Counted from the stretch's first letter, positions 27,942 through 37,400 are shown. The stretch: 47,230 bases of DNA from an uncultured Clostridia bacterium (GCA_905235695.1 CAJOMW010000001.1:959-48188), one strand, 5' to 3'. The notes: generated by a model from the sequence alone, not told the origin. A program made the numbers and translations.

Positions 27942-27970
27942 TTGACATTTTTGTATACCTGTGCTATTAT
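27942..27970 (+). promoter_or_regulatory. Sigma-A-type promoter TTGACA-17-TATTAT for the GntR-family gene
   Basis: Hexamers and spacing are read directly. Confidence 0.6.
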
Positions 27971-27997
27971 AGTGGCGTAAGATATACCTGTATACAA
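27951..27997. promoter_or_regulatory. Candidate operator pair: inverted TTGTATAC (27951-27958) and GTATACAA (27990-27997), plus direct repeat TATACCTGT (27954-27962 and 27983-27991), bracketing the -10 element
   Basis: Read directly. GTATAC-type palindromes fit GntR/AraR-like half-sites. Confidence 0.45.
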
Positions 27998-28018
27998 AAA
28001 CCGGAAAGGGGAACAGAT

Positions 28019-28849
28019 ATGGCAGAGCACAAAAATTCCGTTTACAGAGGCATTTACGAAGACATAGTAAAGAAGATAGAGAGCGGAGAGTACAAAAAGG
28101 GGAGTATGCTCGAGCCGGAGCGAAAGCTCATGGCGGCATACGGCGTTCAGAGGACAACGATAAGGCGTGCCCTTGAGCTTCTGGCAAATGAAGGATACAT
28201 AGTAAAAAAGACGGGACTCGGCTCGTTTATATCCGACGGCACGGAGAAAGCGCCGGAGACCTCCAAGGTCACTGTAAAGATGACGGAAAAGAAGGAGAGC
28301 GCCGCAAAGCCGAAAGAGACTGCGGCAGCCTTTGAGGAAGCCTTCGATTCCGAGGAGGAGAGAATACAGGTGCTTTACGACAAGGCGGCAAAGCTGCTTG
28401 TCAAAAAGCTCATAGAGCATGGACACGAGCGCTTTTGCTACGTCGGAAACGGCCCGTTTTTCGCATCGCTTGCAAGGGCGGTGTTCATATATGGGCTTGA
28501 GTATGACAGAGATCTTTTTGTCATAGAAGAGGACGGGCGTCGAGTGTACGACGCTTTCAGAAGGCTTCTCTCGGACAGGAGAAGGCATGAGTTTACGGCG
28601 GTCATAACTTCAAGTGAAACGCTTGCCAAAACAGTTCTTGAAGTCGCAAAAGATTACAGAGTGAAGGTGCCGGAGGAGCTGTCGGTACTTGCACTGCTTG
28701 AAAACGGCAAGTCTGATATTGCAGGCGCTGTTTTCGGAAAGATGGGCGAAGAAGCTAAGAAGGAAAAATACTCGGTCGGCAGCACCTTTGCAAAGATAAG
28801 AAAGGAAGACGGAGCGAGAAACGGTGGAATTTCGGATTATCTGTTGTAA
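28019..28849 (+). CDS. GntR-family transcriptional regulator with a short LacI/PBP-like C-terminal domain (AraR-like architecture, truncated)
   Basis: The ORF track starts at 27938. The ATG at 28019 follows AAAGGGGA. The wHTH is YRGIYEDIVKKIESGEYKKGSMLEPERKLMAAYGVQRTTIRRALELLANEGYIVKK. A Lys/Glu-rich linker and a sugar-binding-like remnant of about 150 aa follow. Confidence 0.75.
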   Translation: MAEHKNSVYRGIYEDIVKKIESGEYKKGSMLEPERKLMAAYGVQRTTIRRALELLANEGYIVKKTGLGSFISDGTEKAPETSKVTVKMTEKKESAAKPKETAAAFEEAFDSEEERIQVLYDKAAKLLVKKLIEHGHERFCYVGNGPFFASLARAVFIYGLEYDRDLFVIEEDGRRVYDAFRRLLSDRRRHEFTAVITSSETLAKTVLEVAKDYRVKVPEELSVLALLENGKSDIAGAVFGKMGEEAKKEKYSVGSTFAKIRKEDGARNGGISDYLL

Positions 28850-28876
28850 ACAATATTTCTATATTTGGAGAACATT

Positions 28877-28905
28877 AAAAGCGGAAGCCGAAGCCTCCGC
28901 TTTTT
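28877..28905. terminator. Bidirectional intrinsic terminator (AAAA-GCGGAAGC-CGAA-GCCTCCGC-TTTTT) between the convergent GntR-family gene and hydF
   Basis: An 8-bp stem with one mismatch, flanked by an A-run and a T-run. Confidence 0.75.
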
Positions 28906-28908
28906 GCT

Positions 28909-30105
28909 TTATAACAGTTCTTTAACTTCCGGAAATATCTCAAGCGCTCTGTCTAAAATTCCGTGCATAAGCGCTATCGCCATGCCGTAGTTGACTATCG
29001 GAACGCCGCTGTCCTTTGCCGCATTTATTCGGCTCTTCATCTCTGCCTCATTAAGCATACAGCCTCCGCAGTGAACAATGAGCGAGTATTCGGACAGCTT
29101 TTGCGGAAACTCTGTGCCGGACGTAAAGAAATAGAGCGGCTTTTTGCCGGTAAACTTCTCTATCCATGCCGGCATCTTTACCGTTCCTATGTCGCCGCAC
29201 TGCCTGTGGTGCGTACATCCCTCCGAGATGAGCACCTTGTCGCCGTCCTTCAGCTTTGTCAGTGCGGACGCACCCTTTATAAGCTCCGCAAGCTCGCCCT
29301 TGTAGCGTGCAAAGAGTATGGAAAAGGAGGTGAGGGGAATGTCGCGCGGAACATCCTCCGATACTTTCCCGAACGCCTGCGAATCTGTTATTACGACCTT
29401 GGGCTTTTCCGTCAGTCCCCCGATAGTCTCTCTCAGCTCCGACGGCTGGACGCATATTACCTTGCAGTGAAAGTCGAGAAGCTCTCTCAGAGTCTGCTGC
29501 TGGGGGAGAATCAGGCGTCCTTTCGGCGCAGACTCATCTATCGGAATGACCAATATCACAGTGTCCCCTCTGCTCAGCTTGTCGGCTATAATATACTTCG
29601 GCTCGCTCTTTTTGCAGAGCGCTCCTATCTTTTCCTTCAAGGCGTTCACGTTTTCGCCGCTTTCGGCGCTGACGAATATTTCGTTTTCGCCTTCATGCGC
29701 CTTGCCCGGTATAAGGTCGGACTTGTTGTATACCGTTATATACGGTATATTTTTGTCCTCAAAGAGCTTTATAAGCTCGTCGTCCGTATCGCTCTTTCCG
29801 AGCTGTGCATCTATCACGAGAACGGCAATATCCGTCGAGCGAAGCGTTTGGAGCGTCTTTTCCACTCGCTTTTCGCCTATCGCTCCCTCGTCGTCAAAGC
29901 CGGCTGTGTCGGTTATGAGAACGGGCCCGAGCGGAAGCAGCTCCATGGCCTTTTTTACGGGGTCTGTTGTGGTGCCGGGAACGTCCGACACGACCGACAG
30001 CTCCTGCCCGGTAAAAGCGTTTACAAGACTTGATTTTCCAGCGTTTCGGCGCCCGAAAAAGCTGATATGTATGCGCTCTGCGCTGACTGTGTCGTTAAGG
30101 CTCAT
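28909..30105 (-). CDS. hydF: [FeFe]-hydrogenase H-cluster maturation GTPase HydF
   Basis: The ORF track starts at 30138. The ATG at 30105 has AGGAG 6 nt upstream and lies 16 nt after the hydG stop. The G1 motif GRRNAGKSS, DTAG, NKSD and the C-terminal CTHH...HCGGC cluster motif are present. Confidence 0.92.
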   Translation of the reverse strand: MSLNDTVSAERIHISFFGRRNAGKSSLVNAFTGQELSVVSDVPGTTTDPVKKAMELLPLGPVLITDTAGFDDEGAIGEKRVEKTLQTLRSTDIAVLVIDAQLGKSDTDDELIKLFEDKNIPYITVYNKSDLIPGKAHEGENEIFVSAESGENVNALKEKIGALCKKSEPKYIIADKLSRGDTVILVIPIDESAPKGRLILPQQQTLRELLDFHCKVICVQPSELRETIGGLTEKPKVVITDSQAFGKVSEDVPRDIPLTSFSILFARYKGELAELIKGASALTKLKDGDKVLISEGCTHHRQCGDIGTVKMPAWIEKFTGKKPLYFFTSGTEFPQKLSEYSLIVHCGGCMLNEAEMKSRINAAKDSGVPIVNYGMAIALMHGILDRALEIFPEVKELL

Positions 30106-30121
30106 ATTCTTCTCCTGTATT

Positions 30122-31579
30122 TTAAAATCTGAAATCACGCCTGTTTGAGTTCTTTATGTCCTCGATATTTCTCGCGGCGATCTCTCTTACCTTGTCTTTC
30201 GGTATGCGCCTCAGCTCTTCCTCGACCATCTTGTAGCCGACCGCCTTAGTTTCCGGCGAAGCGTAGTCCTCGAGGTACTCGCTGAGCGTCATCAGCGCAT
30301 TCGGATGACAGCAGTTGAGTATCTGTCCGCTCTTGCAGAGGCTCATAAATCTGTCGCCCGTGCGCCCTTCGCGGTAGCAGGCGGTGCAGAACGACGGAAT
30401 GTGTCCGTTTTCCATGAGCCAGCGGACGACTTCGTCAAGACTTCTCTGATCCGATACGTCAAACTGCTCGGTGTCGTGCGGACGCTCATCGCTTGAGTAT
30501 CCGGCGTATCCGCCCACAGACGTGCGAGAGCCGCCGCTGACCTGAGAGATGCCGAGGCGAAGCAGCTTTGAGCGCACCTGCTCGGATTCGCGCGTTGAGA
30601 TTATCATTCCGGTATACGGAACGGCAAGGCGTATGCAGGCGGTTATCTTTGCAAAGGTCTCGTCGTCGATGCCGCCGTCAAATTCGTCGGGATCTATGTC
30701 GTCGGCACGCTTTACGCGCGGCACGCTTATGGTGTGAGGACCTACGCCGTGAACGGCTTCGAGGTGCTCGGCGTGCATTATAAGCCCGGCAAATTCATAT
30801 TTGTAAAGCTCAAGCCCGAAGAGTACACCGAGGCCTACGTCGTCAATGCCGCCGTCCATTGCCCTGTCCATCGCCTCGGTGTGGTAGTCGTAGTCGTGCT
30901 TAGGCCCCGTGGGATGGAGCTTTAAGTAGCTCTCCTTGTGGTAGGTCTCCTGAAAGAGGATATAAGTGCCTATGCCTGCCTCCTTGAGCCTGCGGTAGTT
31001 TTCAACGGTAGTTGCGGCTATATTTACGTTTACTCGCCTGATGTCGCCGTTTTTGTGGTGAACGCTGTATATGGTGTCTATACATTCAAGAATGTACTCG
31101 ATAGGATTGTTTTTAGGATCCTCTCCGGACTCTATCGCAAGGCGCTTGTGTCCCATGTCCTGGAGCGCTATGACCTCGTTTCTTATCTCCTCCTGAGTGA
31201 GCTTTTTTCTTGTTATGTGCTTGTTTTTCAAGTGGTACGGACAGTATACGCAGCCGTTTACGCAGTAGTTAGAGAGATAAAGCGGAGCGAAAATGACAAT
31301 TCTGTTTCCGTAGAATGCGAGCTTTATTTCCTCGGCTATTGCGTATATCTTTTCGGTGACTTCGGGATTTTCGCACGCAAGCAGCACCGACGCCTCTCTG
31401 TGGGTAAGCCCCCGGCAGACATAGCCCGTCGCCGTCTTTTTCGGGCGAGCCTTTTCGAGTATCTCGTTTATGAGAGACATATCGTCTTTATGACGCTCGG
31501 CGTATTCGAGAGTCTCAAGTATTTCGCCGTCGTTTATGAATTCTTCCGCTTTCAGTGATTTTGGATCGTAGTTCGCCAT
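30122..31579 (-). CDS. hydG: [FeFe]-hydrogenase H-cluster radical SAM maturase HydG
   Basis: 485 aa. The radical SAM motif CVNGCVYCPY and the C-terminal CTACYREGRTGDRFMSLCKSGQILNCCHPN auxiliary-cluster motif are present. Confidence 0.93.
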   Translation of the reverse strand: MANYDPKSLKAEEFINDGEILETLEYAERHKDDMSLINEILEKARPKKTATGYVCRGLTHREASVLLACENPEVTEKIYAIAEEIKLAFYGNRIVIFAPLYLSNYCVNGCVYCPYHLKNKHITRKKLTQEEIRNEVIALQDMGHKRLAIESGEDPKNNPIEYILECIDTIYSVHHKNGDIRRVNVNIAATTVENYRRLKEAGIGTYILFQETYHKESYLKLHPTGPKHDYDYHTEAMDRAMDGGIDDVGLGVLFGLELYKYEFAGLIMHAEHLEAVHGVGPHTISVPRVKRADDIDPDEFDGGIDDETFAKITACIRLAVPYTGMIISTRESEQVRSKLLRLGISQVSGGSRTSVGGYAGYSSDERPHDTEQFDVSDQRSLDEVVRWLMENGHIPSFCTACYREGRTGDRFMSLCKSGQILNCCHPNALMTLSEYLEDYASPETKAVGYKMVEEELRRIPKDKVREIAARNIEDIKNSNRRDFRF

Positions 31580-31633
31580 GATATTGTTCCTTTCTTTAAG
31601 TCAGATTTCTCTTCCTTGTCAGATTTTTATGTT

Positions 31634-31888
31634 TTAGTTTGAGGAAACTCCGGAATACGCTGTCTTTACGCTGACGCCGTCAAGGTTTCCTATCTTGCCG
31701 GAGAGCGCCGCTATCGTGTCCTGCGGAGCGTCGAGGGCTATGCTTATAATGTTTATCTTTCTCGCCTTGTAGGGAATACCCATTCTTCCGATTATGTATT
31801 CGCCGTACTCGTGAAGTATGCCGTTCAGCTTTTCTACCGTGTCTTTGTTTTCGACTATTATGCTCATTACCGCAACTCTTGTTTCCAT
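31634..31888 (-). CDS. TM1266-family small ACT-like protein (so-called iron-only hydrogenase system regulator)
   Basis: 84 aa. VMSIIVENKDTVEKLNGILHEYGEYIIGRMGIPY is present. The gene sits directly upstream of hydG, as is typical for this family. Confidence 0.7.
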   Translation of the reverse strand: METRVAVMSIIVENKDTVEKLNGILHEYGEYIIGRMGIPYKARKINIISIALDAPQDTIAALSGKIGNLDGVSVKTAYSGVSSN

Positions 31889-31913
31889 ATCAATTCTCCT
31901 TTTCTCTGTGTTT

Positions 31914-31942
31914 CAAAAAAGCCATACCCCAAAGGTATGGCT
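31914..31942 (-). terminator. Intrinsic terminator/attenuator on the minus strand: AGCCATACC-(5 nt)-GGTATGGCT followed by T6, only 26 nt upstream of the TM1266-family start codon
   Basis: A 9-bp perfect stem (31920-31942) with the U-tract at 31914-31919 on the minus strand. Confidence 0.8.
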
Positions 31943-32005
31943 AAGAATTTTTTGCCGCACCTTGAGGTCAGATCGCTCTTCTCATCAGGTTATCGCTGTA
32001 CTTAT

Positions 32006-32034
32006 ATTATAAAACTTTTCTCTGTAAAAATCAA
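32006..32034 (-). promoter_or_regulatory. Sigma-A-type promoter on the minus strand: TTGATT-17-TATAAT, immediately after the ttcA-like stop and upstream of the 31914-31942 terminator
   Basis: Reverse-complement reading puts the -35 at 32029-32034 and the -10 at 32006-32011, with 17-nt spacing. Confidence 0.55.
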
Positions 32035-32037
32035 GCC

Positions 32038-32883
32038 CTATTTTTCGTCGTAATCGTCGAGAAAATTGTGCGTTACGCCTTTGGACTTATATACGGGGAA
32101 GGTGTCTACCGAAACGGCGTGCAAGCTGTTGAAAATAGACCTCTCAATGCCCGGGTTGTCCCTTTTCAGACGCTTGATTAGAGCCTTTATCTCCTGCCGC
32201 TTGCTTCCGCCTCCGCCGTTGTCGCACATGGTACAGTTTTCCGTAAAGCGGCAGGCGCACTGGATAAACTCAAGGTCGTTGTACTGCTTCCATGCGATGA
32301 TACTGTCTTCGTGAATACAGTAAAGCGGACGGATAAGCTCCATTCCCTCAAAATTCTTGCTGTGGAGCTTCGGCATCATTCCCTGGAGCTGGGAGCCGTA
32401 GAACATTCCCATGACCGTGGTCTCAATGACGTCCGAGAAGTGGTGGCCGAGTGCGATTTTGTTGCACCCGAGCTCCTTTGCCTTGTTATAAAGGTGTCCG
32501 CGGCGCATCTTTGCGCAGAGGTAGCAGGGGGAGTGGTCGACGCTGTTTGCTATCTCGAAAATATTCGTTTCAAATACGGTTATAGGTATCTCGAGAAGTG
32601 CGGCGTTGCTCTCGATTTTTGCACGGTTTATCGGGTTGTACCCGGGATCCATGACGAGATACACCACTTCAAACGGCACGTCGCTTATCCTGTGAAGCAG
32701 CTGCACGAGCTTTGCCATAAGCATAGAGTCCTTGCCGCCCGAAATACACACGGCTATCTTGTCGCCCTCGTTTATGAGCTTGTAAGTTTTTACCGCATTT
32801 ACAAACGGACTCCAGATCTCCCTGCGGTACTTCTTGAGTATGCTCTGTTCTATTTTTTGTAAATCTGTAAGCTCTCTTGCCAT
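32038..32883 (-). CDS. ttcA: PP-loop ATP pyrophosphatase, TtcA/TtuA-like tRNA thiolation enzyme
   Basis: 281 aa. The PP-loop CISGGKDS and Cys motifs (SPCYLCAKMRR and CACRF...CTMC) are present. TAATG start/stop overlap with the upstream nifS-like gene (1 nt shared, position 32883). Confidence 0.7.
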   Translation of the reverse strand: MARELTDLQKIEQSILKKYRREIWSPFVNAVKTYKLINEGDKIAVCISGGKDSMLMAKLVQLLHRISDVPFEVVYLVMDPGYNPINRAKIESNAALLEIPITVFETNIFEIANSVDHSPCYLCAKMRRGHLYNKAKELGCNKIALGHHFSDVIETTVMGMFYGSQLQGMMPKLHSKNFEGMELIRPLYCIHEDSIIAWKQYNDLEFIQCACRFTENCTMCDNGGGGSKRQEIKALIKRLKRDNPGIERSIFNSLHAVSVDTFPVYKSKGVTHNFLDDYDEK

Positions 32884-34019
32884 TATTTTGCTTTCTCCCT
32901 GTATATTGCGTCAAATTCCTTCATAAAACTCTCTATCTCATCTTCGCTCGTTATGTGACCAAGGCTTATTCTGAAGGATGAAAGCGCATTCTTTCTGTCC
33001 CTGCTCACGGCAAATACCGCGCGTGACGGAAGCGAATCGGTACTGCACGCCGTCTTTACGGAAACGCATATTCCGCGCTTGCTCAGCTCGTCACGAAAAT
33101 CCGAGCCCTTTATTCCGCTTGCGCTTATATTGAGAATGTGCGGAATTGCCCCTTCCGGGCTGTTTATGCGCACCTTGTCGTACCTTGACAGCTTTTCTCT
33201 CAGAAGGCTGTTCAGCCTCTGTACCTTTTCATATCTTTCTCCCTGCTTTTCAACAGCGTCCCTCAGTGCCTCTTCAAGCGCCGCATTGAGTGCGAGAGTC
33301 GGCGTGCCGCTTCTGTATACCGTCGTGCCGCTGCCTCCGTGTATGAGCGGCTCAATGACAAGCCCCGACTTCTTATACAGCGCACCGCTGCCGCCGAGAC
33401 CGTAAAATTTGTGCGGCGCAAAGCTCGCCGTGTCCGCTTTTGAGAAGTCGCACGGTATTTTCCCGACAGCCTGCGTAAAATCGACGTGAAGCGAGCAGTG
33501 CGGATAGTCTTTAAGTGCGTCCCTTATTTCATTTATCGGCTGAATTACACCGAGCTCGCTGTCTACGGCGCTTACCGTGAGCAGCACTGTGTCATGCCTC
33601 AGAAGAGATCTCAGGTCATCGACGTCGATCTTTCCGTCGGTTCCTATTCTGACCATGTCTACCTCGTATCCCTGCTCCTGTAAAAACGTGAGCGGAGCGC
33701 TGACCGACGGGTGCTCGAGAGGAGTCGTTATTATATGCTTGCCGATGTGGCGAGAGCTTCTCGCTATGCCCTTTATGGCAAGGTTGTTGCTCTCGCTCGC
33801 ACCGGAGGTGTATATTATTTCGTCTTTTCCGACGTTTAAAAGCGCCGCCACGTTTTCCGTTATCTCGTCCTGCCTTGCCTTTGCGGCAAAGCCCGAAAAA
33901 TGGGCGGCATTTGCGTTGCCTATGTACGTCCGCTCGGTCTTTATATATGTTTCAAGGACGTTTTCGGAAGCAGGGGTGTTTGCGGAATAGTCGAGATATA
34001 TCATTTTCCTGTCCTTCAT
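32883..34019 (-). CDS. nifS: Cysteine desulfurase (class V aminotransferase, NifS/IscS-like)
   Basis: 378 aa. MIYLDYSANTP, the Lys motif FAPHKFYGLGGSGALY and the C-terminal region are present. The ATG at 34004 (MIYLDY), preceded by AGGA, is the more likely start than 34019. Confidence 0.85.
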   Translation of the reverse strand: MKDRKMIYLDYSANTPASENVLETYIKTERTYIGNANAAHFSGFAAKARQDEITENVAALLNVGKDEIIYTSGASESNNLAIKGIARSSRHIGKHIITTPLEHPSVSAPLTFLQEQGYEVDMVRIGTDGKIDVDDLRSLLRHDTVLLTVSAVDSELGVIQPINEIRDALKDYPHCSLHVDFTQAVGKIPCDFSKADTASFAPHKFYGLGGSGALYKKSGLVIEPLIHGGSGTTVYRSGTPTLALNAALEEALRDAVEKQGERYEKVQRLNSLLREKLSRYDKVRINSPEGAIPHILNISASGIKGSDFRDELSKRGICVSVKTACSTDSLPSRAVFAVSRDRKNALSSFRISLGHITSEDEIESFMKEFDAIYREKAK

Positions 34020-34055
34020 TTATTAAAATCGCGATATCAGAACGATACCGCGATT

Positions 34056-34084
34056 ATTATACTACTAAATCATAAAAAATTCAA
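34056..34084 (-). promoter_or_regulatory. Sigma-A-type promoter on the minus strand: TTGAAT-17-TATAAT for nifS-ttcA
   Basis: Reverse-complement reading with 17-nt spacing. A 7-bp hairpin AATCGCG...CGCGATT lies in the short 5' UTR. Confidence 0.55.
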
Positions 34085-34377
34085 TACCCATCGTCAGCAT
34101 GGCTTAATGTCTTTAAGCTCGTACGGCGTTGACTGATAGAGAAAATAGTTGGTCCGGTTTGAAAGCACCGGAGAACCTGTCAAAAAATTTACGCACGAGA
34201 AAGCCGCACATGCTTCTACACATACACATGCGCGCGTCCTGCATTTTAGAATATGATGCGTTAAATTTCTTCACTTCGTGCTCCGACCTTTTGAAAGCCT
34301 ATTAAATATATATGTTATATTGGTATTATATTAACACATATATTCCGATTTGTCAAGAGCTTTTTTTGCGGATTCCC

Positions 34378-34405
34378 TTGACATATCTCATTTTACTGTT
34401 ATAAT
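34378..34405 (+). promoter_or_regulatory. Sigma-A-type promoter TTGACA-16-TATAAT with extended -10 (TGTTATAAT) for the GH2-GH78 pair
   Basis: Read directly. It lies 37 nt upstream of the ATG at 34442. Confidence 0.65.
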
Positions 34406-34441
34406 TATTTTGTGAGAATATTTTCCGGAGGAACCTCTTAT

Positions 34442-37400
34442 ATGAACGGATTTGAAAGATATTATAATAATCTTGAAGTCCTGTCGGTAAACGCCGAAGA
34501 ACCGAGAGCCTATTTTATCCCGTACGCAAACCGTGTCAGCGCAAAAAAGCTCGACAGAAACGCTTCCCCCTACTTCAAGAGCCTTTGCGGCGATTGGAAT
34601 TTCACTTTTTTTGACAGCGTAAACGAGATAACGGAGGAAGATCTGCTTCCCGAATATGAATTTCCGTCGGACACCGTCACCGTTCCGCAGAGCTGGCAGA
34701 GCTTTCTCGGACGCGGCTACGACACTCCGAACTACGTAAACGTAAGCTATCCCTTTCCGGCAGATCCTCCGCATATTCCCGATAACAATCCCTGCGGACT
34801 CTATTCGAGAGCGTTTTATCTTTCCGAAGGATTTGCCGCAAGAGAGCTTTACCTCAATTTTGAGGGCGTAGACTCATGCTTTTACGTTTGGGTAAACGGC
34901 GAATTTGTCGGTTACAGCACAGTATCCCACTGCACGAGCGAGTTTTATATCTCTCCCTTTACAAAGATAGGAAGAAACGAAATTAAGGTGCTGGTTGTAA
35001 AGCTGTGCGCCGGGAGTTACCTCGAGGACCAGGATAAATACCGCTTCTCCGGCATTTTCAGAGAAGTTTATATCCTCGCAAGGGCAAAGAGCCGCATAAA
35101 GGATTTCTACATCAGGACGACCGTCAGCGATGACCTTAAAAAGGCGGTAATAAATCTTGATATTCAGACGGTTGGCAGACCAAAGGTACAATATGAAATT
35201 TTCTCGCCTGACGGAGAGCTTGTCAGCGAAGGTACATATAAAAATGGAGTAAAAACAGAGATAGATGATCCGCTTCTCTGGAACGACGAGCAGCCGTATC
35301 TTTATCAGATATTTTTCACCTGCGGGGACGAAGTGATATTCCAGAATATTGCAATTAAAAAGGCAAAGATAGAGGGAAAAATCTTCTTCCTTAACGGCAA
35401 AAAGATTAAGATACGAGGCGTGAACCGCCACGACTCTCACCCAATTCTCGGCAGCACCACGCCCTTCGATCATTTTGTACGAGACCTTGAAATATTAAAG
35501 AGCAGCAACGTGAACTCGATAAGAACCTCCCATTATCCAAGCGATCCGAGATTCGTCGAGCTTTGCGACATATACGGCTTTTACATTATAGACGAAGCAG
35601 ACCTCGAAACGCACGGAATGTGTATGGTTTCGGGAATCGGCGCACTGTCCGACGATCCTGCGTGGGAAGAAGCGTACGTCAACAGGGCAAGGAAGCTGTT
35701 CGAGCGCGACAAAAACCGCGGATGCGTAATTATGTGGTCGCTCGGAAACGAATCGGGCGGCGGAATCAATCACGTAAAGATGCGTGAGTACATAAAGAGC
35801 AGGGACGAGAGCGCCATAATCCACTACGAGGGCGCAAGAGCGCCTTTTACAGAAAAGGCGGAATATGAAGCGGTTACCGACGTCAGAAGCGAGATGTATA
35901 CCTCTCCCGAATACTGCCTTGCAAGGATAAAGGACAAGAGCATAAACAAGCCGTTCTATCTCTGCGAGTACCTGCACGCTATGGGCAACGGCCCCGGAGG
36001 AATAAAGGAGTATATAGACCTTATCCGCTCGCACGATGAGTTTATGGGCGGAAACGTCTGGGAATACTGCGACCACTCGGTGCTTGTTCCTTCCGAGGAC
36101 GGCAAAAAGCACTATACATACGGCGGAGACTTCGGCGACTTTCCAAGCGACGGCAATTTCTGCGTCGACGGACTTGTATATCCCGACAGACGTGAGAGCA
36201 ATGGCATGAGAGCCATAAAGAACGCCTATATGCCGGCGGAAATAGAGCTTATCGACTGCGAAAGGGGCGAAATTGAGGTAAAGAGCTACAAATATTTCAC
36301 CTCTCTTTCGGACACCGACCTTGCCTGGAACGTAGAGTGCAACGGAAGGACGGTAAAATCGGGAAGGATAGCGGCTCTTGCCATTCAGCCGGGAAGAAGC
36401 AGGAAATTCAGGCTTTTTGATATATCCGATTTCGGGGACGAGGGCGAATATTTTCTGAACGTCAGACTTATCACTAATTCCGATAAAGACGGCGTGCAGG
36501 CAGGAAGCGAGATAGGCGCAAGGCAGTTTGAGCTATTTTCGCTGTGCATAGACCAAGAGATGCCGGAAAGCCCTTTTGAAAAGAAGACGGAGTACTTTGA
36601 GGACGAAGGCTTTGTAGAGATAGACTGCGATGAGCTTTCGGTATACTTTGATAAGGCACACGGAAGGATATGCAGTATCGTCCACGACGGGCGGGAGATG
36701 CTTGCGGAACCGATACGCATAAATATGTGGCGCGCTCCTACGGACAACGACAGAAATATAAGGCACGAATGGCAAAAGACGGGCTTTGATAAGCTCGTCC
36801 AGATAACGCATGACTGCGGCATATATAAGGCGACCGACGAATACATTACTCTGTATGCGGATCTGACTCTCGGCGCGCCGTCGATAAAGCCTGCCGCAAA
36901 GGTCAGGGAGTACATAACCGTTTCAGACGACGGAACTATAAGCTTTGAATTTGAAGTTGATATAATAAACGAAAAAATCGACGAGATTCCGAGATTCGGA
37001 CTTGAGATAGTAATGCCGGAGGGAAGCGAGCGCGTAGAGTACTTCGGAATGGGACCGTATGAGGCATATTCCGACCACAAATATCAGTCAAGAGTCGGCT
37101 ATTTCAAAACTACTGCGACCGATAACTTTGAGCATTATATAAAGCCCCAGGAAAACTCCTCTCACTGCGATACAAGGTACGCCTTTGTAGGAAACAGACA
37201 GGGACACGGACTTGAGATAATGAAATTCTATGACTCGGAGAATATTTCATTCAATGCTCAGCACTATTCGGCAAAAGATCTGACAAACACGCTCCACGAC
37301 TATGAGCTGAAAGAAAGAAAAGAGACGTACGTTTACGCAGATATGCGAATGACGGGCATAGGCTCCAACTCCTGCGGCCCGAGGACATTTGAAAAATACC

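Noticed and set aside
28963-30033. 356-aa ORF on the plus strand
   Set aside because: It lies entirely antisense to hydF, which has clear GTPase and cluster motifs. The product is Arg/Leu/Tyr-rich and has no recognisable motifs. This is the typical shadow ORF opposite a strongly codon-biased gene.
34412-34441. GTG start for the beta-galactosidase in the ORF track
   Set aside because: It lies only 6 nt after the predicted -10 element and has no SD. The ATG at 34442 is preceded by GGAGG at proper spacing.
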